Notes: generated by a model from the sequence alone, not told the origin. DNA of 64,000 nucleotides from a bacterium (GCA_031362565.1 JANLSU010000062.1:22281-86280); one strand, 5' to 3'; shown: positions 1-10,782, numbered from the stretch's first letter. A program made the numbers and translations.

Positions 1-20
1 CGGCGCCCGACGGCTGGGCG

Positions 21-3000
21 TTGCCGCCGGCCGGAGTGGCGCTCCTGGGACTTGTTCTCGCGGCGGGTGCGGTCGTGGCGTGGACCCAGCGTGCCCGGCC
101 CGGTGCGCGTGTCTTGGCCGGGTGTTTGGCGGTGCTCGCCGGTTGCGCCGTGCTCGCTTTAGCGCCGCAGCGCACGAACCCGACCGCCTGGCAGGCGAGT
201 GAGGACGCGCGCCTGCAGCGCCGTTTTGCAACTGCCCGCATCAAAGTGCAGGCGCTCGAGTCCCAGGCGCGCCGTATCGCACGCGCGGCGCGCGCCGAAC
301 TCGACACCCTCTCGACTCCGGGCCTTGCGAGTGTGGCGCTGCCCGGCGCCGTGGGTCTGGGCGCGCGGTCCGAAGACCGCGCCGCGCTGTTTCAAGCCCT
401 CGATGCCGTGGTGGCGCGCAATGCTCCAACTGCGGCGCCCGACGGCGCCGAAACGGGCCCCGGTGTGCAAGTCTTCGACACCAACAACGCCTTAGTGGCT
501 TGGTCCGGCGCGTCCCACCCGCTCGATCCGGATTCACGTCTGACGCGCTTCGGCGACGGAACGCAGCCGCTCTATTTTCGCCGCAGCGGCGTTTATACCC
601 TGCTGTCGTTCGAAGTGCGCGACGCGCCGCGGGCGCCGGCGCCGGCGCGCGGTCCGCTGCGGGTTCTCGTCGATGTCCCGGTGGAAGTGCGCTACCGCAT
701 CAGCAACCGGTTTCTGCGTTCGCACAGTGTCGCAACGGATCTCTCCGGCGATGGGATCGAAACCGATCTCATTTACGATACACCCAACGTGCCGCCTTAT
801 CTGGCGCACGAAGACTTGGAAGTGCACGGCGACGAGATGCATGGGCGCGAAGCCATGGGTGTGGTCCGGGACTCGAGCGGTACGGCGCTCGTTCTCGTCC
901 GTCTGAAGGGATTATCGGCCGCCGATACCGTGGAGCATGTACGCCAGGAACGCGACGCCGTCCTGCGTTGGCTCCTGGTGGTGGCGCTCGCGCTCTGGTT
1001 CGTGGCCGCAGGCCAGGCGATCGGTGCGTCGCGGTTCGCGCCGTCCGGCACCGGGAGGGCCGGCGCCGCGGGGGTGGCCGGCGTCATTGTGGCGATTGGC
1101 GTCCTGCGTTGGATGCTGGCGTGGCTCGGATTGCCTTCGAACCGCATCGGCTCGAGCTTGCTGAATCCCGCGACGTTCGCGATGGTGGGTTTCGGCGGCA
1201 TATTGCGTTCACCCATCGATCTCGTGCTGACGGCGGTCGCAATTGCCGCTGCGGCGTTTCTGGTGGCGGTGTTTTGGGCCCGCGCCATCGCCCGCGCGCC
1301 GGCCGCGCCGCCGGGCGTCGCCGGTTGGCGTGCATTCGCCGGTCCGTTTGCCGGCGCGGCCGTCATTGGCGCCGTCGTCTTGGGTGCGATCGTCTTCGTG
1401 GGCCGGGTCGCCGGCGATTCCAACCCCTACTTGCTTGGCGCCCAGCTCGATCTCTTGTCTCCGGGCGCTGCGTGTTTGCACTTTGGACTCTTGCTTGGAG
1501 TGGGGGGCGGGCTCGTTCTGGGCGTACTCGCGAGTAGTGCGTTGTGTGGAGCACGTGCCGGCCGCCTGGCGGGCGGGCTCGCCTTGGCATTGCTCGGCGC
1601 GGTGCTTTGGCTGTGTGCCGGCGCGCTCGGCGCCGCCGTGGGCGGCATCGCGTTCGTTGCGTCGATGCGCGTGCAGAGCCTGCTCCGTGACGCGCGCTTT
1701 ACGAGCCTCGGCTTGACGAGTTTCGCGCTCGCGGCACTCGTCGCGACGCTCAACAGCGATGCCATTCACGGCGAGTATTTCCGCGCCACCCAGGCACGCG
1801 TGCAAGAGGCCATGGGGCAATTGCTCGAGCGCAGCGACGATGTGCGGCGCTTTGCCGTCGAAGACGTGTTGGCGCGGGCGCAGCAGGATGCCGACCTGCG
1901 GCGCTCCCTCGCGGCCGATCGCACCAGCAATCGCGCCGCTCTGGCGTTCGAGCTTTGGGCGCAGGGCGCCCTCAGCAATCTCGGCTATGCCTGCGAGGTC
2001 ACCGTGTACGATGTGTACGGGACGCGGGCGAGCCAGTTCGCGGTCGACATGCCGGCCGGGCACGAGACCTCGCATCGGGAACTCTTGTCGCAAGCGCTTG
2101 CCGACAGCATGCCCGTCGTGCGCAGCGACTCCACCGGCCAAGTGTCGAACGAAATGCGCTTCTACCGGGGTGCGGTAAGCGTGCGCACCGGCGGCACCAC
2201 GGGCGTGCCGCTCGGCGCCGTCGTCGTCGAACTGCCGTTCGCGCCCTCCAGCTTGGATTTGGCCGCCAACCCGCGCGACCGGACGCCGGAGCTCTTGCGC
2301 AATCTGCAGGATGAGGGGATCGGCCCACGCGTCGTCGAGTCCGAACGCATGCTGCTCGCATGGATCGACCATGGTTCGGTGGTCGAGTCCTCGACGCCGT
2401 ATCTCGAAGTCGGCCAGCCGTTGCGCAGCGCGTTGCCGCGCGTTGGTGCTTGGCAACGGTTGCGATTGGTGAACGGTGACTATTGGGTGACGCGCACTTC
2501 GGCGCAGAATCGCGACCTGCTTGCCGGCTTTCGCCACACGACGCCGCTCGACCGGGTTCTGGAATGGACCCAGCTTGGGTCGTTCAGTTTCGCCGCCACG
2601 GCACTCCTCCTCCTCTTGCTGGCCGGCGCGGGACGGGTGCGCCGCCTGGCACGCGGGTTTCCGCCGCTCTTCGTGCCCAAGCGCCTGGGCTTCCAGCAGA
2701 AACTCATGACGGCGTTCTTGGTCGTGTCGCTGTTGCCGAGTGCGGTGTTGTCGATTGCGACCCGCGACATCATGCGGGACCGTAGCTTGAGCCGCAATCG
2801 CGATGCGGCACTCGCCAAAGCCCGCGCCGCGGAGGCCGCCCTCGCGGACCTCATTCGCCGCGACCTGCAGGCGGTGCGCGAGAGCGAGTACGTGTTGAAC
2901 GTGTTGCGCGCGCCGACCGTGCCGCCGGTGCGCGATCTGCCCGAGTTCGGCAAGATCATGCTGTTTCACGGCGATGGGCAACTCATTCTGGACGAGACGC

Positions 3001-4838
3001 TCAGCAATCTGACGGACGAACAGGCCCGGCATCTGGTGTCGTCGGCGCCGCACGGCGTGTTTGCAGCGCGCGACGGCAAGGAACTGTGCTTGGCGGCGCT
3101 CGAGAAACTGTGGCTGTCGCCGAACGAGGGATTGAACGAGGCCGCCCCGGATGCGCAGCCTTACTACGTCTACTACCAGCGGCGTTTGACCGATGATCTG
3201 CTACGCAATCTGGCGCCGATTCTCTCGACCGATCTGAGCGCATTCTTGGGGCCGCAGCTCGTGGTGTCGAGCCAGCGGAGCCTGGCGACCGCCGGCCTTC
3301 TGCCGTCGCTCTTGCCGCCGCAGGCCTTCACGCACGTGCAGTTGCGCCGCAACCGTTCGGTCGTGCTCGAGGAACACGCCGGGCGGCAGCGTTATTTTGC
3401 CGGGTACGTGCCGCTCGAAGACGTGTCGGGCCAGCGCATCGGGACGCTGTCGGTGTCGCAGCTCTTGCAGGCCGACGAATTCGCGATTGAAGTCGAACGG
3501 ACCCGCGAGTTGGTCTTGGGGTTGTCGACTCTCATGTTCGTGCTGACCCTCGTTCTTGGCGTGGTGTTTGCGGCGCGCATCTTCGATCCGGTGCGGAATC
3601 TCATCGACGGCACGCGCCGGATTGCCGGCGGCGACTTGGGATTCCGGTTGCAGGCACGCGCCAGCGATGAGATTGGCGAGCTCGAGCGCTCGTTCAACGA
3701 CATGTCGGCGCGGGTGCAATCGGCGCGCTGGGCCTTGGAAGAGCGCCGCCGCTACTTGGAAGCAGTGCTCGGACACATCGCTTCGGGGGTCATCGCGACC
3801 GACGGCGAGGGGCGGATCACCGCCGCCAATCCGGCGGCCTATCGCATCCTGGGATTGGCCCCTGGAACTCTGGAGGGTCAGTCGTGCCGCGAACTCGCAG
3901 CGAACGACGACCGCGCCCGGACCCGATTCTGGGGCCACCTGGGCGACGCCACCGATGGTGACGTCGACGAAATTCCGGTGCATTCGGGCGACGCACAGTC
4001 GGCGGTAGCGCCGGCCGGCGCCATCGAGCGGCTGACGTTGCGTGTTGTCGTCACCGATCTCGTGCCGGAGTCGAATGCGCGGCTCGGGCGCGTGGCGATC
4101 TTCGAAGACGTGACCGACCTCATTCAATCCAAGAAACTATCGGCCTGGGCCGAGATGGCGCGCCAGGTGGCGCACGAAATCAAGAATCCGCTCACCCCCA
4201 TGAAGCTCTCGGCGCAGTTCATGGATCAGGCGTTCCGTGACGGCAGCGACAAGTTTCCACAAATCTTTCGCGAAGGCATGGCGACGATCATCGAGCAAGT
4301 GGAATCGTTGCGCCGCATCGCGACCGAGTTTTCGAACTTTGGCCGGGTCCAAAAGCTGGAGCCGCACCCGATGGATCTCGGCACCCTCGTGCACGGCGTT
4401 GCGGCCGCGTACGCGACGATCGACGGACTAGAGTTGTCGTTCGTGAACGGTGCCGGCGATGCGCCGGCGGGCGCCGCGGGTGACGTCGCAAACGCCGCGA
4501 GGGTGCGAGTCTTGGGCGATGACGAGGGGTTGCGGCGCGTGTTCCGCAATGTGTTCGAAAACGCCCGCGAGGCCATGGGTGGCCGCGGCCAAATCACGGT
4601 GCGGATCGAGCCGCCGCGCGGCGACCGGGTGCGCGTCCGGATTACCGATACGGGCCCTGGCGTTTCAGCCGCCGCGGCCACGCGCCTGTTCGAACCGTAC
4701 TTCTCCACCAAGAACACCGGCACCGGCCTTGGCCTCGCGATCTCGAAGAGCATCATCGAAGAACTCGGTGGCACGATCGTGCTCGCCAACCGTCCCGAAG
4801 GCGGCGCCGAGGCGACGATCACCCTGGTGGTATGCTAA
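21..4838 (+). CDS. Very large multi-TM sensor histidine kinase (HAMP-PAS-HisKA-HATPase, NtrY-like C-terminus); frame stays open to the left window edge, so the true start may lie upstream
   Basis: HAMP (DEIGELERSFNDM), PAS (IATDGEGRITAANPAA), H-box EMARQVAHEIKNPLTP, N-box NVFENAREAM, G1 DTGPG, F/G2 FEPYFSTKNTGTGLGL; many hydrophobic segments in the first ~1200 aa. Confidence 0.92.
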   Translation: MPPAGVALLGLVLAAGAVVAWTQRARPGARVLAGCLAVLAGCAVLALAPQRTNPTAWQASEDARLQRRFATARIKVQALESQARRIARAARAELDTLSTPGLASVALPGAVGLGARSEDRAALFQALDAVVARNAPTAAPDGAETGPGVQVFDTNNALVAWSGASHPLDPDSRLTRFGDGTQPLYFRRSGVYTLLSFEVRDAPRAPAPARGPLRVLVDVPVEVRYRISNRFLRSHSVATDLSGDGIETDLIYDTPNVPPYLAHEDLEVHGDEMHGREAMGVVRDSSGTALVLVRLKGLSAADTVEHVRQERDAVLRWLLVVALALWFVAAGQAIGASRFAPSGTGRAGAAGVAGVIVAIGVLRWMLAWLGLPSNRIGSSLLNPATFAMVGFGGILRSPIDLVLTAVAIAAAAFLVAVFWARAIARAPAAPPGVAGWRAFAGPFAGAAVIGAVVLGAIVFVGRVAGDSNPYLLGAQLDLLSPGAACLHFGLLLGVGGGLVLGVLASSALCGARAGRLAGGLALALLGAVLWLCAGALGAAVGGIAFVASMRVQSLLRDARFTSLGLTSFALAALVATLNSDAIHGEYFRATQARVQEAMGQLLERSDDVRRFAVEDVLARAQQDADLRRSLAADRTSNRAALAFELWAQGALSNLGYACEVTVYDVYGTRASQFAVDMPAGHETSHRELLSQALADSMPVVRSDSTGQVSNEMRFYRGAVSVRTGGTTGVPLGAVVVELPFAPSSLDLAANPRDRTPELLRNLQDEGIGPRVVESERMLLAWIDHGSVVESSTPYLEVGQPLRSALPRVGAWQRLRLVNGDYWVTRTSAQNRDLLAGFRHTTPLDRVLEWTQLGSFSFAATALLLLLLAGAGRVRRLARGFPPLFVPKRLGFQQKLMTAFLVVSLLPSAVLSIATRDIMRDRSLSRNRDAALAKARAAEAALADLIRRDLQAVRESEYVLNVLRAPTVPPVRDLPEFGKIMLFHGDGQLILDETLSNLTDEQARHLVSSAPHGVFAARDGKELCLAALEKLWLSPNEGLNEAAPDAQPYYVYYQRRLTDDLLRNLAPILSTDLSAFLGPQLVVSSQRSLATAGLLPSLLPPQAFTHVQLRRNRSVVLEEHAGRQRYFAGYVPLEDVSGQRIGTLSVSQLLQADEFAIEVERTRELVLGLSTLMFVLTLVLGVVFAARIFDPVRNLIDGTRRIAGGDLGFRLQARASDEIGELERSFNDMSARVQSARWALEERRRYLEAVLGHIASGVIATDGEGRITAANPAAYRILGLAPGTLEGQSCRELAANDDRARTRFWGHLGDATDGDVDEIPVHSGDAQSAVAPAGAIERLTLRVVVTDLVPESNARLGRVAIFEDVTDLIQSKKLSAWAEMARQVAHEIKNPLTPMKLSAQFMDQAFRDGSDKFPQIFREGMATIIEQVESLRRIATEFSNFGRVQKLEPHPMDLGTLVHGVAAAYATIDGLELSFVNGAGDAPAGAAGDVANAARVRVLGDDEGLRRVFRNVFENAREAMGGRGQITVRIEPPRGDRVRVRITDTGPGVSAAAATRLFEPYFSTKNTGTGLGLAISKSIIEELGGTIVLANRPEGGAEATITLVVC

Positions 4839-4904
4839 GGCGGCGCCGGTGTTCACACCCTTCGGGGCGGGCCGCCACGAACGTACTTCGAGCAGGAGAG
4901 CGAC

Positions 4905-5543
4905 ATGAAGATTGGGATTCTGGGTTCCGGCACGGTGGCGCAGACACTCGCCGCTGGTTTCATGAAGCATGATCACGAGGTGATGTTGGGAACGCGCGAT
5001 GCGGCCAAACTGACGGCTTGGAAAGCGCAGAATGCGGTCAGCCAGGTCGGGAGCTTCGCCGAAGCGGCGCAGTTCGGCGCCGCGGTGGTGCTCGCGGTCA
5101 AAGGCACCGTTGCACTCGAGGCGCTGCGCGCTGCCGGCAAGGCGAATCTCGCCGGCAAGACCGTCATCGACGCCACCAATCCGATCGCCGAAGCGCCGCC
5201 CACGAACGGCGTTCTGAAGTTCTTCACCAATCTCGACGAATCGCTCATGGAGCGCTTGCAGCGCGACTTCGCCGATGTGCACTTCGTGAAAGCGTTCAAC
5301 TCGGTCGGCAACGGCCGCATGGTGAACCCACAGTTCCAGGGCGGCAAGCCCACCATGTTCATCTGCGGCAACGACGACACCGCGAAGCAAACCGTAACCC
5401 GCATCCTGGATCAATTCGGCTGGGAGACGGCCGACATGGGCAAGGCCGAGGCGGCGCGCGCCATCGAACCGCTCTGCATGTTGTGGTGCATTCCAGGTCT
5501 CTTGCGGCAAGAGTGGAGTCACGCGTTCAAGTTGCTGCGTTGA
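4905..5543 (+). CDS. NAD(P)-binding oxidoreductase, F420-dependent NADP reductase-like (COG2085 type)
   Basis: MKIGILGSGTVA Rossmann start, VIDATNP, VKAFN motifs; SD AGGAG upstream. Confidence 0.85.
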   Translation: MKIGILGSGTVAQTLAAGFMKHDHEVMLGTRDAAKLTAWKAQNAVSQVGSFAEAAQFGAAVVLAVKGTVALEALRAAGKANLAGKTVIDATNPIAEAPPTNGVLKFFTNLDESLMERLQRDFADVHFVKAFNSVGNGRMVNPQFQGGKPTMFICGNDDTAKQTVTRILDQFGWETADMGKAEAARAIEPLCMLWCIPGLLRQEWSHAFKLLR

Positions 5544-5557
5544 AGCGACCAGCGTCG

Positions 5558-7849
5558 ATGCGGGCTCGGCACTGTCTGCACGGAATGTTCGAACGGCCGG
5601 TTGCCGGCCGGCTCGTGGCGCTGTGTGTGGCGTGGGTGGGATTGCCGTGTGGCGCCCAAGCAGCGTCGATCTCCGGCCTCGTGCGTGATGCCGAGCGCGG
5701 CAATCCGCTGCCATTTGCTTCCATTGTGCTGCATCGCAACGCGGCGCCCGACTCGCTCGCCTACGAAGGCGGCAAGATGGGCGGGCGCGACGGCCGCTAC
5801 CGTTTCGACGGTATTCCGGCCGGGGCCTACGAAATACGTGTCGCCTATGTCGCCTACCGGGCGCGCGTCGACACCGTGCAGGTCGGCGAGGGTGCGGATG
5901 CCGTTCACGACATCGCCTTGACGCCCGCTCCGATCGGCGTCGAGAAAATCGTCGTCGATGCCGACCGGCTTGGCCGCGAAAAGAGCGCTCAAACCAGCGT
6001 CGTCAATCTGGACATGAAACGTCTTGCCGCCGTGCCGTCGATCGGCGAGGCCGATCCGATTCGCGCCCTGCAGTTGCTGCCTGGCGTTCAGGCAGCGTCG
6101 GATGTTTCGAGCGGGCTCTATATTCGCGGTGGCGGTCCGGATCAGACGCTCGTTCTGCTCGACGACATCACGATGTACAACCCCACCCACGCATTCGGAT
6201 TCTTTTCGACCTTCAACCCGGATGTCGTCGACCGGGTGACGTTGTACAAGGGCGCCTATCCCGCCGACCAAGGGGGAAGACTGGGCGCGGTCGTCGACAT
6301 CAAGACGCGCACCCCAGCCGCCTCGAAGGTGCAAGGCGCGGGATCGATCAGCACGATCGCGTCGCGGCTGACGCTCGACGGTCCGATCGGTCGCGACCAT
6401 TGGCTGTTGAGCGGCCGGCGCAGCTATCTCGAGCCCATTCTGTCGGGCCTGCGCCGAAGCACCCCGGAAGTGCCGTTCTACAATTTCTATGACTTCAACG
6501 CCAAGTATGCGATGCGCCGCGACAACAATTGGGTGGATACCGAAATCTACAAAGGCCGTGACAATCTGCGTATCGAGCCGGACCGCGACACACGCCTGAC
6601 GATTCGCTGGGGGAATACCGCCGGCGCGGTGGTGTTCAGCCGGGTGCTCTCCAAGGACGCGCTGCTGAAGAGCACGATTTCCGGCAGCGAGTACGAAAGC
6701 CTGACCGACGCCAACCTGTTCAACACCGCCTTCAACGTCACGAACAGCTTGCGCGATCTCACGGCGCGCACCGAGTTGCATCTGGAGCGTGCCACCCACG
6801 CTCTGGGCGTCGGCGGCCAGGTGTCGTTGTACGATTTCAAGTTCAGCCAGTCGTTCAATCGCGACAAGCCGGTGGGTTTTCGGAGCCAGCCGGCGGAAAT
6901 CGCCGCCTATGTCGACGACCAGTGGACGCCGCAGGCGGTGACGACCATCCGCACCGGATTGCGAACGCGGTACATCAGCGACGGCAAGCGGCTCCTGCTC
7001 GAGCCACGATTGTCGGTGAGCCGGGCGCTCGGCGACAAGCTGCGCTTGAAATTCGGCAGCGGCGTGTACAACCAATACCTCCAGCTCGTGACGACCGAGG
7101 GCTTTTCAGCCGGCGATCTGTACGTCCCCATCGACGCTTCGACCCAGCCGGGGCGGTCTTTGCAAGCCGTCTTTGGCGCCGAATACGAGACGTCGCCCCG
7201 ATATCGGTTCTCCGCCGAGACGTATTACACGCGCCTCACGCACCTCGTCGAGTTCACGACCAAGACGGTCGCCGATCGTGATAATTTCACGGCGCGCGAC
7301 TTGTTCGACACCGGCGGCACGGGCTACGCGACCGGATTGGAGCTTTTTGCCGAGCGCCGTGCCGGTCGCGTGACGGGCTGGCTCGGGTACGCTCTCGGTT
7401 GGTCGCGGCGCCGGTTCGATGCCTTGAATGGCGGCAAGACGTACCCGCCCAAGTACGATCGCCGCCACGACCTGAAAGCAGTTCTTGCCTATCAGCGATC
7501 GCCCTGGTCGTACAGTGCCTCGTTCCTGTTCGCGACCGGGCAAGCTTTCACACCCGCCTCGGCACGCTATCAAGTCGATGACCCGGCGCTCGGCGATCTG
7601 ACACCGGGTTCGCGCGTCTTGGCGGGCGATCGCAACAGCTCCAGGCTCCTGCCGTACCACCGGATGGACTTCAGTGTGACGCGCGACTTCGCGCTCTGGG
7701 GGCGTTCGGGGCAGTGGTTCGTGCAATTCTTCAATCTTTATTCGCGCCGCAACGAATGGTTCGTGCAGTTCGACGACCAGGAGCCGAAGGTGGATGTCGT
7801 GCGGATGTTGCCGATCATTCCGAGCTTTGGCGCCAGTTTCAAATTCTGA
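5558..7849 (+). CDS. TonB-dependent outer-membrane receptor with N-terminal carboxypeptidase-regulatory-like domain (start 5558 or 5585)
   Basis: Signal peptide ending AQA, ISGLVRDAE..PLPFASI, plug motif LQLLPGV..GLYIRGGGPDQTLVLLD, YDRRH, YHRMDFS, C-terminal Phe. Confidence 0.9.
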   Translation: MRARHCLHGMFERPVAGRLVALCVAWVGLPCGAQAASISGLVRDAERGNPLPFASIVLHRNAAPDSLAYEGGKMGGRDGRYRFDGIPAGAYEIRVAYVAYRARVDTVQVGEGADAVHDIALTPAPIGVEKIVVDADRLGREKSAQTSVVNLDMKRLAAVPSIGEADPIRALQLLPGVQAASDVSSGLYIRGGGPDQTLVLLDDITMYNPTHAFGFFSTFNPDVVDRVTLYKGAYPADQGGRLGAVVDIKTRTPAASKVQGAGSISTIASRLTLDGPIGRDHWLLSGRRSYLEPILSGLRRSTPEVPFYNFYDFNAKYAMRRDNNWVDTEIYKGRDNLRIEPDRDTRLTIRWGNTAGAVVFSRVLSKDALLKSTISGSEYESLTDANLFNTAFNVTNSLRDLTARTELHLERATHALGVGGQVSLYDFKFSQSFNRDKPVGFRSQPAEIAAYVDDQWTPQAVTTIRTGLRTRYISDGKRLLLEPRLSVSRALGDKLRLKFGSGVYNQYLQLVTTEGFSAGDLYVPIDASTQPGRSLQAVFGAEYETSPRYRFSAETYYTRLTHLVEFTTKTVADRDNFTARDLFDTGGTGYATGLELFAERRAGRVTGWLGYALGWSRRRFDALNGGKTYPPKYDRRHDLKAVLAYQRSPWSYSASFLFATGQAFTPASARYQVDDPALGDLTPGSRVLAGDRNSSRLLPYHRMDFSVTRDFALWGRSGQWFVQFFNLYSRRNEWFVQFDDQEPKVDVVRMLPIIPSFGASFKF

Positions 7850-7862
7850 CGGGGACGGTGCG

Positions 7863-8828
7863 ATGAGAAACAGGAATGCTAACCAGGGTCGAATGCAGCG
7901 GCGCAGAATTCAAGCCGGGCTCGCGACCGCTTTCGTGTTGAGCCTGGGCTGCGCCACGAAACACGATCCGAACGACTTCTTCGCGCCCGGCGATGTGGGA
8001 ACCCTGGTAGTCAACGCTTTGTTGCAGGTCGGCCGCAGTCTGCCGCCAGTGATCGTGAGCCGTGCCGTGTCACCGGGCGTCGAATACTCACCGCTTGCCG
8101 CCGCCGAGCTTCAAGCGACGGTGCGGGTGCGAGAACTGCTGCGCGACATCACCGTGACCTACGTGGAAACGACACCGCCCGGAACCTACGTCGCTTCGGC
8201 ACCGGTCCAGGTGCTGCCTTCGACCACCTATGAGCTCGAGGTCGTCACCGCGGCCGGTGAGACGCTGCGCAGCCAAACGACGACGCCCTCCCGCCTGTTG
8301 GTCGATCGCTGGGTTCTCTTGGACGCGCAAGGCCAAACCGTGCAGCGCGAGTTAGAGACCTTCGCGACAGCCGGTGACAGCGTGTACCAGGCCAACCGCC
8401 TCGTGTACGCCGACGGCCTTCTCGAAGCGCGCTTCAGGCGCCCGGACGTCGAAGCGTTTCAACTCGGGCTCTTCAGCATCGACCCCGGATCGGACTTCGT
8501 GATTCGGCCCGAATTCTTCAGTGACGAAGATCTCGCCAACCTCGACCGCCAAACCTCTTCGCCGCCAATCGAGGGCCGTGACGGCACTCTGCGCATTCCA
8601 TGGTTTGCGTTCTTTTTCCAGGGCCGCCACCAGCTCAATGTCCTGGCGCTCGACCACAACGCCTTCGACTTCCTGCGCTCGGTGCCACAAGACAATGGCG
8701 GCATCGCCTTCGGTGGCACCTCCGGCAGCGCTTTCGACCGTCCGATCTTCCACGTCGAAGGCGGCATTGGTCTCTTCGGTTCGGCGAGCATCGATTCGGT
8801 GGGAATTTTCGTCCTGCCCCGGCCCTGA
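7863..8828 (+). CDS. DUF4249-like lipoprotein partner of the TonB receptor
   Basis: Lipobox LSLGC, YELEV, C-terminal VEGGIGLFGS; directly downstream of the receptor. Confidence 0.75.
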   Translation: MRNRNANQGRMQRRRIQAGLATAFVLSLGCATKHDPNDFFAPGDVGTLVVNALLQVGRSLPPVIVSRAVSPGVEYSPLAAAELQATVRVRELLRDITVTYVETTPPGTYVASAPVQVLPSTTYELEVVTAAGETLRSQTTTPSRLLVDRWVLLDAQGQTVQRELETFATAGDSVYQANRLVYADGLLEARFRRPDVEAFQLGLFSIDPGSDFVIRPEFFSDEDLANLDRQTSSPPIEGRDGTLRIPWFAFFFQGRHQLNVLALDHNAFDFLRSVPQDNGGIAFGGTSGSAFDRPIFHVEGGIGLFGSASIDSVGIFVLPRP

Positions 8829-8874
8829 GGTGCCCGCGCTACAATGGAAGGCGACTCCAGCAGGAGGCACAGCC

Positions 8875-10704
8875 ATGCGAGACGATAGACGGGCCGCGTT
8901 GAACCGGCGGCGGCACGGCCCGACGAATGCGATTGCCACGCTCCGAATCCTTGCGCCGGCCATGGTGGCCATGGTCCTGGCGGCTTCGTCGCGTGTGTGC
9001 GGTGCGGCGGCCGCAGCTTCGCCGGTGCATCTGCGCACCAGCGGTCTGACACCTCTCGAAGACCTCGGAACCGGGACCTACCTTGGATTCGAAGGCGGCC
9101 TCTACGCCGGCGGCGCCAACGTGCCGCCCGCGCAGCATCTCGCGGCGGCGCTGCAAAAGGCCGGACAAGTCGTGCCGCGCAACGCCGCCGGCGCGCCGGA
9201 TCCAAATGGATGGATCGTCATGGTCGCGATCGGCATGTCGAACACGACGCACGAATTCGGGGCATTCGAGCGCCTCGAGGACGCCGATACCGGGCGCAAC
9301 GCGCACGTCATTCTCATGGACACGGCTCTTGGCGGCCAGACCGCCGCAACGATCGCCAATCCGGCCGCCGGGTACTGGACGGTCCTGCAGCAGCGATTGA
9401 CGGCGATGGGGCTCACGGCGGCGCAGGTGCAAGTCGCCTGGCTCAAGGAAGCCGACGCGCAACCAGCCAACAACTTCCCGGTGCACGCGCAGACGCTGCG
9501 CGACGAGTTGCGCACCATCGCCGGCAATCTGCACGACAAATTTGCAAACCTGCAGTTGTGCTATCTCTCGAGCCGCATCTATGGCGGCTACGCGGCACAG
9601 GGTTCACTCAATCCCGAACCGCAGGCGTACGAATCCGGCTTCGCCGCGAAGTGGCTCATTCAGAATCAGATCGATGGCGACGTCAATCTGAACTACGGCC
9701 AGTTGCCCGGCGCCGTGCGCGCGCCGCTCTTGCTGTGGGGACCGTACCTGTGGGCGGATGGGACGAACCCGCGATCCGACGGCCTCGTCTGGCTGCAAAC
9801 GGATCTCGAAGGCGACGCGACGCACCCGAGCCCCTCCGGTGAGCAAAAGGTTGCCGGTCTACTGACGGCTTTCTTCGCCGCCGACCCGACCGCTGCCGCA
9901 TGGTGGCCGGCACAGCCTGGAACGGCGCTCGTGACGCTCGATGCGTTGCACGACACCTATGTGAGTGCCGCGGCTTCGTCCACGAACTTTGGCGCCGCGC
10001 TCGCATTGCTCGAACAAGGCGGCGCGGCGCCGATCCGCACCTATCTGCGCTTCGATCTCGGTGGCATCACGGCGCCGGTGCTTTTGGCAAAACTCAGCCT
10101 GCGGGTCACCACCACCGATGTCGGCGGCGGCACGGTGGCACTCGTGAGCGACACGCAGTGGACTGAAAACGCCGTGACCTGGAATACCGCACCGGCGCTC
10201 GGATTGCCGCTCGTTCAGATGCCGCAATCGTCGCGCGACGGAACGATTGCCGCCAATGTCACACCGACCGTGCAGAACGACCCCGACCGACAAGTGGCGT
10301 TCGCACTCACGACCCCAGCGGCCGGCCTGGGCGGCTATCACAGCAAGGAAGATGGGCAGCCACCGCGGTTGGTCCTCGTGGTCGAGTCTGCACCCACGGA
10401 TGCCGCCGTGCCGACGGCCGGTGCGATGACGTTGGAACTCCAGCGGGGCCTTCCGAACCCCTTCAACCCGGCGACATCACTCGTCTACACGCTGCCGACC
10501 GGCGGCCGTGCGTTGCTCACCGTGCATGACGTCCAGGGCCACCGCATTGCGACGCTGGTGAATGCGCTGCAGAATCCGGGGTCGCATCGGGCCGCCTGGG
10601 ACGGCCGTGGCACGGACGGCGCAATGCTCGCTTCCGGCGTTTACCTCGTGCGGCTCGCCTTCAATGGCAACACGCGCACCAAGAAGATCGTGCTGGCCCG
10701 GTAG
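8875..10704 (+). CDS. Secreted modular protein: SGNH-hydrolase-like domain + DNRLRE/CBM96-like domain + FlgD-Ig C-terminal domain
   Basis: SD GGAGG; IGMSNT and DATHP putative catalytic motifs; DTYV..TNFG..YLRFDL..TWNTAP..SKE..PRLVL; PNPFNP..WDGR..SGVY..KKIVLAR. Confidence 0.75.
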   Translation: MRDDRRAALNRRRHGPTNAIATLRILAPAMVAMVLAASSRVCGAAAAASPVHLRTSGLTPLEDLGTGTYLGFEGGLYAGGANVPPAQHLAAALQKAGQVVPRNAAGAPDPNGWIVMVAIGMSNTTHEFGAFERLEDADTGRNAHVILMDTALGGQTAATIANPAAGYWTVLQQRLTAMGLTAAQVQVAWLKEADAQPANNFPVHAQTLRDELRTIAGNLHDKFANLQLCYLSSRIYGGYAAQGSLNPEPQAYESGFAAKWLIQNQIDGDVNLNYGQLPGAVRAPLLLWGPYLWADGTNPRSDGLVWLQTDLEGDATHPSPSGEQKVAGLLTAFFAADPTAAAWWPAQPGTALVTLDALHDTYVSAAASSTNFGAALALLEQGGAAPIRTYLRFDLGGITAPVLLAKLSLRVTTTDVGGGTVALVSDTQWTENAVTWNTAPALGLPLVQMPQSSRDGTIAANVTPTVQNDPDRQVAFALTTPAAGLGGYHSKEDGQPPRLVLVVESAPTDAAVPTAGAMTLELQRGLPNPFNPATSLVYTLPTGGRALLTVHDVQGHRIATLVNALQNPGSHRAAWDGRGTDGAMLASGVYLVRLAFNGNTRTKKIVLAR

Positions 10705-10782
10705 CCACATGGGCCCCCGCCTTGCAAAACCCGCCGCCGCATGGGTAAGGTGGTTCGCGTTTCGATCCAGAATGGAGAGTGA

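Noticed and set aside
5018..5557. N-terminal extension of the TonB receptor in the ORF track
   Set aside because: Overlaps the oxidoreductase gene in another frame; the signal peptide begins only after 5558.
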